Of a DNA stretch of 44,186 nucleotides, positions 23,190-35,385 are shown piece after piece. The translations under genes were made by a program, and so were the position numbers. Where the stretch lies: assembly GCA_023231475.1 (NCBI GenBank), contig JALJEE010000502.1, positions 1 through 44,186 on the forward strand. The letters run 5' to 3'. Position 1 is the stretch's first letter. Each line of letters starts with the position of its first letter. The DNA is from Seison nebaliae. Its lineage: Eukaryota. Under the pieces are notes generated by a model. That model had not been told where the DNA came from. It made no database searches and worked only from the letters and a program-made list of their open reading frames with translations.

Positions 23190-24720
23190 CTCCAATTCAG
23201 CAAAAGTTTCTTCTTCTTTACAAAAAAAAAGGAAAAAGTTGAGTGTTATTATTAAGACTGTGATGATTATTCATATTCATATGAATAGAAATCAATGAAA
23301 TTCGTCATCATAATAATTTTTATTGTTTTCATTTATATGTTAAAGATCGTAAAGTTTGACATCGCTTCCTTCGTCTTAAAGAGAAAGTTTGGGAAAGGAG
23401 TGAAAAGTAGAAAGCAAAAATATTGTCCCTCTTCTCTCCTTGATCGATCTGATAGTCGCTAAAAATATTACATAATCAAAAGGAGAACATCAGTAAATCA
23501 ATTGTTGTCTGTTAACTTACCTGAATAAGAATCTCATCAATTTCCTATGAACGAAAAAGGAAAAATCGAAGAAAGTCAACCAACAATGTTCCTCGGACCA
23601 AACTCTTCACTTACATCATCAGCTCAAGAATACGACTTATTTACTACCGTACAGGAATATTAGGACACTTGTCCTCCAACTCATTCATACCATCGCATAA
23701 TTCCAATATCATAAATTTCATCTTAATCTGGATGAAATGTAAGAGAATTGGTTCGATATGAATGTCGACGATATTATCGAATTCTCAGAATTAATTAAGA
23801 ATCGAAGGAACAGATCTAATGAATAATCTAATTCTTATAAATGATTTCCGTTCAATCTATTATGTTCCTCCATTATATTCTTCGTAATTCATTCACCTCC
23901 ATCTCCGTCCTCTTCTCTCCGTCAACAGCGAAAACAGATTGAATAAAATCCATAAAATTTGAAGGTTTATCGAAAACATAAAACATTCTCGTTTCATCAT
24001 ATTCGTTTTTAATTTCCTCATTTCAACTTGTAGTTGGTGAGCAGAGGAAGAGTTGTGCTTTCTTCTACTGTCCAATACGAGCAATGCCCATTTACTCGAA
24101 CTCAAATAGGTCTCGCCGAAATATTATAAAATAATTTATTATAATTATTTTCTTTTCTAATACACAACATTACTCAAGAAGAAAATTGATTAATAAATAT
24201 TTATTAAGCGAACCTCACATCGACGTGAAATGATGGAATCTGAGCATCGATTAAGAAGAGAATGTACTTCCCACCAAATTCAACTGGTCTTCCAAATCTT
24301 CTGTGTGTTCGAGGAATCATTCCAATGAGTTTGTTCAGAACAAATATCGTACAATTGTTTTTTTTTTAATTTTTTTTTTCGAAAACTCTTTCAATTCTAT
24401 CAAAAACCTTTCTATTTTCCAGATAATTGGTAGCGAATTGAATTATTTGTTTTGAGGAATTTATTGAAATTTTTCATGAATAAAACTAATTCCAATTTTA
24501 TTAAAACGATAAATTATTCTATTGATCATTCTAATTATAATAATTCATTTAAGTTTCATTTTCAAATAACATTTTTTGTTCATTCGAATTAATTTACTTT
24601 TCAATATGTTACATAATTAATAACAAATACTCTTTCATTGCTTCATAAAAAATAAATTTGATTCACTCTCATTCTCCACATGTCTCCAATAAAGCAGAAA
24701 ATTTAATTTAAGTCTTTAAA

Positions 24721-24853
24721 AACTTTATTTTAATAAAATAGTTTAAAATTTTTGGTATTTTGGTTCAATAGCAAATTATAAAATTTTTTGAACTTTATTA
24801 GATAAACAACTTTAAAATTTTTGGTATTTTAGTTCAATAGCAAACTATAAATT
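24721..24853. repeat. Imperfect tandem duplication of a ~70 bp AT-rich unit
   Basis: tttaaaatttttggtatttt(g/a)gttcaatagcaaa(t/c)tataaa occurs at 24742 and 24811, each copy preceded by aactttatt. Confidence 0.8.
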
Positions 24854-25445
24854 GTTATTTCTACAATTTTAAAAACATTCATGAACGGCACTTCGATTCT
24901 TTGATTTTTCAGTTCAGATCAAAGTCAACCAGAGTTGATATTGACATAATTTCAATTGATCGATAAAGCAAGTTAAATTGACAAGATGAATTAACTATTA
25001 ATTTTAAACGAGGTTTTTTCCGATATCAAGCAGTCGAATAAACGTTGGTTTATCGACTAATATCTGTCAAATATTTTAATCATCTTTCGTGTACGACAGT
25101 TTTAAAGCAACGATAGACATTTGTCTTACGATGAATGAAACGATTAATTAGTTAGATGTCTCTTAACAAAGTTTGGTTTATGGAGCACAATGTTCACGTA
25201 TTTGAACGAAATTAAAAGCATGCAAATCTTTGAAAAAAATGTATTAGAACATTAACTTATTAATTGTTAATCTATATTTAAAATTTGAGAAAGTTTGCAT
25301 CAATGTTAATGATTTTATCATTGGACGAGAAATAATGGAGAGAGGATGAATGTTAGATTGTTAAGCTTTAGATAACTTTGGAATATCTGATGATGAAATT
25401 AAGAGACATATTGAAATATTTGGCTGAAAGAAGTTGAATATAAGA

Positions 25446-25991
25446 ATGAATAAGAAGAACGTGAATGTGTTAAAGACAGAAAATACGGTGATTCTTCGTC
25501 CGTTCGATAAAGAGTTGTATACTTATGATGATGTGGAGAAGTGGTGTGTTTTGTATCCCGCTTACATGAATAACAAAAGGACACGTTCCCAAGGTCGTAT
25601 GTTGAGCAGTAACATCGTTCGTTTATCCTGACAATTCAAATGTTCATATCCATTTTCTTTGTAGTGTGTGGAAAATCCGACGATCGCTGAAATTACAACA
25701 ATCATTCGGACATTGGGATTGGAGGCGGTGGCTGAACCGAAAAAATTATATCCCCGAGAACGCGCCAAATATGTGCGAGAGAATTGTGGTCGTGTTCGAG
25801 TGAAATTGAGACATGGAGACGGCGAGTTGGTGAACGAGAGATTCCCCAAGAAATTGGAATTGATGAAGGAGATTGTCGTGTTGATTCCTAAATTGAAAAT
25901 GAGACAGTCGAAGAATGAAACAAACGAAAATCAGACGAATAATCCAACGGGTGGAAAGAATACGAAAAATCGACGTGGCAAACGACGTTGA
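25446..25991 (+). CDS. SRP19: Signal recognition particle 19 kDa protein; intron 25617-25664
   Basis: WCVLYPAYMNNKRTRSQGR...CVENPT...KLYPRE...GRVRVKL...LIPKLK.R and a basic tail. Confidence 0.95.
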
Positions 25992-26143
25992 GAAGAATTT
26001 TAATCAATAATTTTTCTCCATTCAAATTTTCTTCCTTCGAATATTTTTTCTTTTAAAATTTTTTTTCGTTCGAAATTCAATATATTCTGATTATTCTTCT
26101 CCAGCAGATGAAGAAGAGAAATTCCATTTAATGTCCAGTACAG

Positions 26144-26650
26144 ATGAGTTCATTTTATGATTACGAGAAGTTCGTTGAGGAATGTGAAGAGTTGAGTGAC
26201 GTGTGGAGACAATGGAAGTTGGAGGAAGTGAAAGTGGCGAATGAAGAGAAGAAATGTTTCTTGAGTTACAAAGAAATGAAGGAATCGAATGATGAATTAT
26301 TCCAACTGATCATTCATGTTTGTTTCGATGAATCATACCGTGTGCCGACCGCTTATTTTCGTATGATGACTCTTAGTGGTGAACTGAAAGATTGGAGGGA
26401 ATCGATGAAATTGATTAATTCTCATTTTGGCAATTTACGAGAGATCATATCAGAGAAACATCATCCTTTGATGACAAATCATCCACTTTATCTGCATATT
26501 CATCCGTGTGAGACGACGAGTTATTTACGTCGTTTGGTTGGTAAGATGAGTGTATGGAATTGGATGGGGACGTATCTACAAATACTCTCCATCTCTCCAC
26601 CAGACACCATCGGAAGATATTTTTATGAAAAGAATGATGGAATCGCGTGA
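26144..26650 (+). CDS. ATG10: Ubiquitin-like-conjugating enzyme ATG10
   Basis: HVCFDESYRVPTAYF, ISEKHHP and the catalytic HIHPCET motif. The short length fits ATG10 rather than ATG3. Confidence 0.88.
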   Translation: MSSFYDYEKFVEECEELSDVWRQWKLEEVKVANEEKKCFLSYKEMKESNDELFQLIIHVCFDESYRVPTAYFRMMTLSGELKDWRESMKLINSHFGNLREIISEKHHPLMTNHPLYLHIHPCETTSYLRRLVGKMSVWNWMGTYLQILSISPPDTIGRYFYEKNDGIA

Positions 26651-27547
26651 CATTCGGACGGGGAAGAATGAAGCGACGATAATGATGACAAGAACAATTG
26701 ATAAATAGGTGGCAGTGTCATTGAATACATGACAGTGAATAGATGAGAGAAATAAACATAAATTAATTAGAGTGGTGGTAGTGGTGGAGGGAGGGGGGGC
26801 TGAAGTGCTTCTTTCTCTTAATCGAGAGCTTAATCTCCTTTTCTGTTTTTATCGATTTGCATTTGACATCTGGCAACATATTATCGAAGAGAAGGACAAT
26901 GTGCTAATATATAACATTTTTCCAAATGTGGCAACAGAGGAATGATGAAGGTGTCATCGCAATTGTCCGATGGGTTGGAGTTATTAATAAAATTTTAATG
27001 AGTTCACATGTCGATCGAGAGTTTTGACGACTATAAATGATTAGTCTCCTCTCCATCAAATTGATTGAGAGGGTATTCGTTTGTGCCGTTGGTGAATGGA
27101 TCGAAATTTGGATAGAAGATTAGGAAGAGCGATTACCATAAGATAATGCCTCTCGTCCACATCGAATTATTGTGGGAGGAGGAGTGGGAGAGGAGACTCG
27201 TTAATTTATTCAAAGTGAAGAGTAAATTTAGAATTGTAATGAAGGCAGAAAATTGGAGAAAAGATCAACTTTCGGATTTGACGGGAGAACATGTCATTAT
27301 CAAACAGGAGGAAAGTTGATGGAGTGATATAGATGGATGACGAATAGTCATCGAATCAATGAGTAACAGTTAATTTATCCTTACTCCCTTCCATCAGAAT
27401 GGTGATTATCGTCGGGTGGGAGGCAGTCAGTGGCATTGAACTATAATGCTCGAAATATAATGATCGACCGTTTCTTGTTCATTCTTCTTCTGATTTCCTT
27501 ATTATCGTTCTGCTTTTCTTGTTTGTCCATGTGCATGTATGTGCATA

Positions 27548-27571
27548 TGTGTGTGTGTGTGTGTGTGTGTG
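27548..27571. repeat. (TG)n microsatellite
   Basis: tgtgtgtg run in the long intergenic region. Confidence 0.9.
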
Positions 27572-30500
27572 GAGAAGAGGAGGAGTTATCTGATTTGTTT
27601 ATTTACTGATGCTCTTCCGTATTATCTCGTCGTTGTCATCATAATTCCGTGCAGCATGACCTCAGCCCGATTCTCTTTAGTCTTTTCGAAAATAGGAGAA
27701 TGATTAAAAGAATTTCTTCCTTTCCTTCTTTCTCGTCTGATTGGGAGATATGTATTTGTTTGAAAATTGAACGTCATCATTCTCGCCATTATTACTAGTA
27801 ATTTCTTCGAATTCCGACTGGTGTTGTGTGATTATAATATTTATTTTTCAGATATTTCCTATATCAATAGAATTATTTATTAATGTAATCATCTAGCGCA
27901 ACGATGTGGACTTCATTTTCCAATATGATTACATAAAGAGATGTCAACAACTGCTATTGCTGTTTTTATTGTTGATGTCGTCATCGACGTATGCATATTA
28001 ATATGTATACAGCTATAACTGAACTAGCTAGCTAGCTAGTTGAATAACTAGAGCAATCGCTACTGATTTTTCGTCCTTATCACGTCGATAGGGAAAGTAT
28101 TCGTTATAGTGGTACTAGTGGTAATGGTATTGACGAAAAGGAGAATGAACAAAAAAAAATTATAATCATAATGAGCAACTCCTTGTTGGATGCACATCTT
28201 CTCCTCCAACTTTGTCGTTTTCATTATCTTCTCATCTATCCTTCCTTTCCATGTAGAGTAGTGAACTGTCGCGAGGTTGACGAAGAAGATTCTCTTAAAA
28301 TATTAAAAGAAGAAAAATAAGAATTTTTTTGAATACTTTTCCTTTCTTTGTACCGAGAATATAATGACTATTATCTGTAGAGATAGTGTGGGATGAAGGG
28401 GGACGGGGGAATGGATGGATAGATGGAAAGAAGAAAAGGCAGTTTTTCCATTCACCTATCATTATAGAGAATGACGTTCGGCATCTAATTTGCATTTTTC
28501 TTTTCCTTTCTCTAAGAGGAAAGACAAACGATGCCACCAGTCTTTCGACTTTTACCAGGAGAGTCGTCAGATGCGATCGATTTTCACATTAATTTTTATT
28601 CTTTTCCATTTAATTATCTTCTCCTTTTCTTCTTCTTTCATTATTATTCTTATCACTTTTTTTTTTGACGAAAAAGAAGAAATTGGTCTTCTTCACTTAG
28701 ACTTCCTTTCCCCACCATTCACACAATTTAGTTTAGATGAAAATAATTTTATGTTTCCTCCTCCTTCTCCATTCCACTCGTTTCATAGATGCATTAACGT
28801 GAATGAGAATTAATTAAAATTAACTTCAATTAGACTAATTAAGTGTTCAATCCTCTTCCTTCACGAGGAGTTGACGATGGAATTAATTGTCCGTTCCTTT
28901 CTCCTTCTTAATTCCCTCCTACTTTTCTCATATTACACGGACCTTGTCGTTGGGAAGTATGTCAATAATAATTAGGGAAAATTCGAGTAAGAAAGAATTG
29001 CCGAACTCAACAACCATTTTATTTAGATAGTGAACATGAGGAAGTTTATTTAAAAGAAACAAACTTACACTCAATCTATAATGTTTTTCCACATACAATT
29101 TACTCGGCAATTGTCATTGAGATTGAGGGGGATGAATGCATTTGGAGAATGATACTGATCGAAGAAGAAAAGCGGAAATTCTTCATAATTAAATGAATTA
29201 AAGTCCATAAGTTTCAATTCTGCTTTTAGCCATCTGTACCATAACTCGTAACCACGCACTAGAAAGATAAAGTTCAGTTTTAGAAGAGATTTAAATTACA
29301 GTTGAATGAGACAGGAGTCATGCCGTCTATCACCCCCTATTCAATCAAATTCGATGAATACTGTTATAAATATAGAGGCAGATGATATCTGACTGCATAT
29401 CGAATGCTGATTGAGAAGAAAGAAGAATTTGCTCTTCTAATTTTCTCCGGTCAATTCGCATTAAGACTTGAAGTAGCTAGGTATTAATTTCCTTTTCTCA
29501 GCCGTCGAAGGAAACGTCGTGCAAGAAACAAGTCCACAGTGTATACGGGGAAGTTTTCGGGAGAATTTAATTTATCTGGATTTAAGGTTTTATTGACTTA
29601 TTACAAATGAGACAGGTATGATAGAGATTTTGATGGAGAAATTATCGTTTAATAATAAATTAATAGTCGTATGAGAGAGCGGTATGTACATTAATAGAAA
29701 CTATGATATAATAGCAAATATTAGGGTGGGGGGGAAGGAATAAGTATTTGTAACTACCGTAGTGATTAGGAAGTATGGGGAAGGAAACAAGCAAGATGAA
29801 AGAAGAAAGTCCTATGGTAGTCTTTTTCTTGTTTCATTTATCTGATATATTCTGAAGGAGACCTCTGTTTGATGTAGTAAGAAACTAAAATTTTTTCATC
29901 TGTTAACGAGAATATCGATACGTAACATTTCTCTCTAAATTAATATTCTAATTGAATTTCGCTAAGAGAGAAGTGATGTTTTACACGAATGTCTCTCTTT
30001 GTCGTGTCTTTTTCTGATTCGTTTTTTCCTCATTTTTTTTCAAGAAAAACCGATTTTGTTTTTCTTCGTTAAAATAAGGTGCATCGTTAGGTGGAAGTAA
30101 AATTCGTGCATAAGAAGATATGTAGACACATGTACATAAGTTTGGAGTGAGCAGTGATCGATAACTGACATATCTGAATGCAGACGGTAAGGTGTTGATT
30201 TATTAAATTAATAAAAATTTCGGTTTTCCTTTCGGTAGAAAGCAGAAATAAAATGGAATAAGTGAAAATGCATCTCATTTGACACGATTTATAACCTCTT
30301 GAAATTATTCACTTATTTCTCCTCATGTAACCGGTTGATGCATCGACCTGCATTATATGATTATCGAATATAACGGTATTGTTGTGTATGCATTCTATGT
30401 GCATACGTATGCAGTTAAATCTAGTGAAAACGTAATTCTTTTTGAACGAAAAAAATAATTTATCTTCTTCCTTCCACTCTCTCCTCATCAATCTCCGTCG

Positions 30501-30847
30501 TCTCACTCAACCCCAACACTGACTCGTTGTTATTGTTATTGTTACATAATTTTCTTGTTGAATTCATTTGCATTTGTTCAATTTCATAAATATATTGTTC
30601 GATTGAAATTAAATGCGTCAATTTCCATAGTCTCTGTCTCTTCCACCCACCCGTCCGTCGAGCATCCAGTAGCACTGTTTGCATAGTATAACCTAAAACA
30701 ATGACTTTATTCACTTTCACTATGACGAAGTTATTGACAGATTGTAAAATGTTTAGCAAATAGTTGCAAGATTTTTTCTGTTTTTTACCAATTACCCCGT
30801 TTCTCCATTCATTCGATTTGCAAGAGAATTAATGCAAATGGCGATTG

Positions 30848-32572
30848 ATGGATCGTCTTAAACAACAAGTCTCCGGCGTACTAGACAATCCGAGAATACC
30901 CCTCATTAATCTCAATTCCGGTCAACTCAATATCACGCAACGACGATACAAAGAACTGCGAGAAGATAGTGAAGACATGAATCCATTTTCACATAAACGT
31001 CCACCACCACCGCAGCCGCCATCATCCGGTAAACCGCCACCAATCCCCCCAAAATCTATTGGCACTTCATTGATTGGTGCGGCGAGTGCACAATCAAACT
31101 ATGGCGGAGCATCATCAACTACAACAAAACATAATTTGACGCCTTCCACCACCACCTACAAGACGATGCACACACAAGTCGGAAAATCGAGGAAGAAGGT
31201 TCTAATGCAACATGTCGGTTATCGTTTGGGAAAGCGGAAGGAACTTCATCGAATACGACGACGATATGCTGATATCATGTTCTGTTTAGCCATTGGTGGT
31301 ATTCTTTTAATGATGTTAGAAACGGAATTAGCATTTAAACAAGAATATTCCAAAGTTAGTGCTTCTTCCGTTATCATCAAAGGCATCATTACCACCACCA
31401 CCATCATTCTGATGGGACTCGTACTCTTCTATCACAAGACCGACATCGCCATCTATTGTATTGATAATTCGATAGATTCGTGGAAGATTGCACTAACGAC
31501 TAATCGAATCGTTCTTGTTCTCATCGAATTGGTCATTTGTGCAATTCATCCGATACCCGGTCAGTACATGTTCGAATGGACGACACATCACTATGATTAT
31601 CTCAATTCTCAAGCACGAGAAAGTGTCCAGCAATTGAAGTCGGTTGTTAGTAATTTGAATAAACAATCGAATGTGACGATACCACCCGAACTGATTGGTA
31701 GTGGTGCGCGCATTCAAACGAGAACGGTACCTGTCGACATCCTCCTCTCAATACCAATGTTCGCTCGAATGTATTTATTAGCTAGAATCATTATGTTACA
31801 TTCAAAATTATATACGGATGCATCATCTCAATCTTTGGGATATTTGAATCGAATTAACTTCAATTTCCGGTTCGTCTTCAAAGCACTCATGTCACAATGT
31901 CCCGATTATGTGTTGGGTGGGATTATTGCATTCGTTCTCTTCATCGCTTCGTGGTCAGTGCGTGCCTGTGAATATTATCACGATGAGGATCATATGTCAT
32001 ATTGGAATTCGATGTGGATTATCGCCATCACTTTCTTGACAGTCGGTTACGGTGATCTCGTTCCCAACACTTATTGTGGTCGAACTATCTCCGTATTAGC
32101 TGGAACAGTGGGAGTGTTTTGTACAGCTCTCATTGTGGCCGTTTTAAGTAGGAAACTGGAGATGACACGAGCCGAACGATATGTCTCTCAATTTGTGACG
32201 GAGACGGAATTAGCAAAACATCTCCGTCATTCCGCTGCGAATGTCGTCAAATATGGTTGGCTGATTTATCGTCTACGTTTGGCTGGTCATTCATCAACTA
32301 GCGCTTGTCGCAAAAGACAACAACAACTTCTCGCCGCAATTCAACAAATTCGAGAAATCAAACAAGAACAACGCGTTCTCACAGATAACGCCGTCACCGT
32401 ACTTGAACTTTTCAAACAACAACATTATTCTAGTCAAATCATCGAACAAGTTGCAAAATTATCGAGAAACTTTACAACCAATATCCATACCATCGAAGAT
32501 CGAATTGATACTCTTGAACAGAAAATGACATCTATCCAAGATATGTTACTCACTCTCACAATGAATAGATGA
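30848..32572 (+). CDS. KCNN: Small-conductance Ca2+-activated K+ channel (SK), intronless CDS
   Basis: VGYRLGKRKEL, ELVICAIHPIPG, LSIPMFARMYL and HSKLYTDASS. Pore ITFLTVGYGDLVPNTYCGR. Calmodulin-binding RKLEMTRAERYV...SAANV...WLIY. C-terminal coiled coil. Confidence 0.95.
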   Translation: MDRLKQQVSGVLDNPRIPLINLNSGQLNITQRRYKELREDSEDMNPFSHKRPPPPQPPSSGKPPPIPPKSIGTSLIGAASAQSNYGGASSTTTKHNLTPSTTTYKTMHTQVGKSRKKVLMQHVGYRLGKRKELHRIRRRYADIMFCLAIGGILLMMLETELAFKQEYSKVSASSVIIKGIITTTTIILMGLVLFYHKTDIAIYCIDNSIDSWKIALTTNRIVLVLIELVICAIHPIPGQYMFEWTTHHYDYLNSQARESVQQLKSVVSNLNKQSNVTIPPELIGSGARIQTRTVPVDILLSIPMFARMYLLARIIMLHSKLYTDASSQSLGYLNRINFNFRFVFKALMSQCPDYVLGGIIAFVLFIASWSVRACEYYHDEDHMSYWNSMWIIAITFLTVGYGDLVPNTYCGRTISVLAGTVGVFCTALIVAVLSRKLEMTRAERYVSQFVTETELAKHLRHSAANVVKYGWLIYRLRLAGHSSTSACRKRQQQLLAAIQQIREIKQEQRVLTDNAVTVLELFKQQHYSSQIIEQVAKLSRNFTTNIHTIEDRIDTLEQKMTSIQDMLLTLTMNR

Positions 32573-33691
32573 ACTGTAGCGAATGATCAAGAACAAATTA
32601 TTGAGTTCTGATAAACAAAAAAATTATGAAATCTTTCTTTGTATCTATCGTTAAAGTGTCATTGTTAACCAATCGTTAACAGATGGTTCTCTAATTTAGT
32701 TGTGGGACAATCATCATCGTCACAGTTTCATTTTTTACGAATCTCATTTTACTCTCCCACTTTCATCCCAATTATTCTTACATATGAACTTCATTACTAT
32801 ATATCCTATTATTTAATTTATTTCCTATTTTTTTATCATTGATATGATTCTAACGATTCCTTCATTATATAATTCATTCTTCTGTTTGAATGCTTCATTT
32901 CTTCTCACAACTTTCTCTCTCCTCTTTCCCCCCTTACATCAGAATTATTCTCGTCAGCAAAATTTGTTTCCCTCAAAATTCTTCTTCTTTTTCCCATTGT
33001 AAATGTTTATATTTTTAGTTAAGCTTCCCTCAAGACAGTAAGGCAGTCGTTCCATCTTTACTCATAACCTCCCCCTCTCCTCCCCCTTCACAGAAGAGAT
33101 ATAATCGTTAACAAACAATCCAACATTATTTTTCTTCAAATCTTTTAAATAGTAGATCTGTTCAATGTAATTTTTTTTATCTCTCACATTTTTACTTTAT
33201 GTATCCATTGTATTGGAATCCATCATTTCTCTCCTCTCTCCAATTAATTGTTTAATCAAATTTTAAAAATTATATTATATGTTATCCATATATAATAACG
33301 AAATGAATAAATTATTAAATCTAGTCAATCCAATTCACATCTCCGTCCAATATTGTCCTGTTCGGACGAAGTGGTGGCTAAACGGAATTTTTGAATTTGA
33401 TCGGAATTTTGAATTTACGCCAAAAAATTAAAGCTTCCAATTTAAACATCTATGATCATTAATAGCTTCTCTTTCCAAAATTCTTCACCTTGATTGTTAT
33501 CATTGACTAGCTAATGAATAATATGGAATATAATCCGCTCTATGGTGAGTTCCGCATTAATTCTACCATTCTGATACGTATTTTATATATGTCCGACCGT
33601 TTCTCTTCTTTCTCTTTATCAAAGATTTCATCTGGTTCGTTCACAACTAAATCATCCATTTTTTTCCGTTAAGTTGCATTCCTATTCATTC

Positions 33692-35206
33692 ATGTCGGAA
33701 ACGGTTACCACGTCAAATAACAAGACACTAAATCGTCACAAATTTCAATTGATACGGAAGAGATTTCCCAATAATTTCAATTCTCAAACGACTGAAGAAA
33801 AACTGAAGATATTGACGGAACTGCTAATTCAATCGGTTGAGAAAGAAGAGTCAGTTGAGTCGGAACTGGCTAAATTGAAACAGCAAAACAAATTAGCGAG
33901 TCGGTTAAAGGATGAAGCGATTTTGGAGAGTGAACGAATCAAGAAGAAAAAAATGACGTTGGAAAGTGTTTGTAGAAATTTGAATGATAAACTGAAGATG
34001 ATGAGTGAACAACAGAAATTGATAGTAAAAGAAGAAGACGAAAAACGGAATAAATTATCAGAAAGTTTTCAGAATTCGTTGGAAACGATCAAGAAACAAG
34101 TAGATGATTCTCAAGAGAATTCTCTTCGACTCAAAGAAGATAATCGCGAGTTAGCAAATCGAATGCAAGAATTGATCGATGAAGATAACGAGAGGAATGA
34201 AAGAATTGAACAGTTGACGAAGAAGATGAAATTGGAAGAAGAACTCTTCAAGACGATGGAAAAACAATTGAAGAATGAATATAAAATCAAATTGAAAGAG
34301 ACTCAAGACGAATTTGTTCAAGAGAAAATTAATTTCAATCAAGAAAAAATGAAAACAACCAAATTGATGACAGTCAACGAGTCACTGAGTGTCGAGCTCG
34401 AAAGTTATAGATCAAAATATCATGATTTCGAGAGTACGTCGAAGAAAGCAACGAACATCATGCAGACATATCAGAAGGAGATGAATACGATGATGAAGAA
34501 GGTGAGAAAGATGGAGAACGACAAATATAATGCATTGAAACTCTGCAAAGAATCGAAAGATATCATTGCTATGCATCAAACAGAAGTTTATTTTCTATCA
34601 ATTTCAACTTTCACCATTCTTACTTCTTTCTAGAGATCTCTTCTAATTGAGAAATATGAGAAATTACAAAAGAAATTGATTATCATGACATCACTTTCTC
34701 GCAAATTGAACGATCAACTCAAATGTGGAAAAGAGTTGGAGATCAGTATGGTTATCGAGAAAGTCGATGAAATGTTCAATGAATATAAGATCGACAAAGA
34801 AAAAGCAATATTGAAAAACGAGACAATTAAAAATGATAATTCCGTCGAAGATGAGAAAAAAGAAAATTATGACGATGAGAAGGATGAAAATGATGACGAA
34901 GAGAAAAATGAAAATGAGAAAAATGAGAAAAATGAAAATGATAATAATGAGAAAAATGAAAACGATAATGGTGATATTGAGAAAAATGAAAGTTATGATG
35001 TAACTGAAAATTTACTAGATAAAACGGATGATTCTGCAAATCAGAATAAAACAGAGAAAATTGATGAAAAAAATTTGTTTAATGAAGAAAGTGAGAGAAT
35101 CGAGAAGGAAATAGAAAATATGGATAATGTTGAGACATCAATCATTGACGATCACTCTATCGAATCGAATCAATCCAATTCCACCAGTAAATTAGGAGAA
35201 AAATGA
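33692..35206 (+). CDS. Taxilin-family coiled-coil protein with an acidic Asn/Glu-rich tail; intron 34586-34633
   Basis: TLESVCRNLN, EEDEKRNKLSESFQ and YRSKYHDFEST..K...MQTYQKEM..M.KK..KMEND match taxilin motifs. Splicing joins ORF 34676 in frame. Confidence 0.85.
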
Positions 35207-35385
35207 AAAAATATTAGTTTTACTCTCTCCCATATACATATCCCTTTAACAACACACCAGCAACTGATTGTTCCTTCCCTATCTGTTTTTTTTTTAAATT
35301 TAATTCAGCAACTTTCCATTTCAATGTAAATGAAAAAGGAAAATTAATGATTTATTCATTAGCAAAAAATAATTAATAAAAGAAT

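Noticed and set aside
23514..23523. ACTTACCTG, identical to the U1 snRNA 5' end
   Set aside because: The downstream sequence lacks the U1 stem-loops and the 70K-binding loop. It is better explained as a minus-strand splice donor.
23290..24420. Possible micro-exon gene(s) between ABCC and SRP19, including ORF 23893-24105
   Set aside because: There are exon-like stretches and GTT/AG sites, but I could not build a consistent frame or recognise a protein.
26068..26143. Acceptor sites before the ATG10 start as a trans-splice signal
   Set aside because: A GTTCGA donor at 26068 gives an ordinary ~37-40 nt cis 5'UTR intron.
28295..30759. Short ORFs upstream of the SK channel
   Set aside because: Low-complexity, mostly non-ATG starts, and no recognisable domains.
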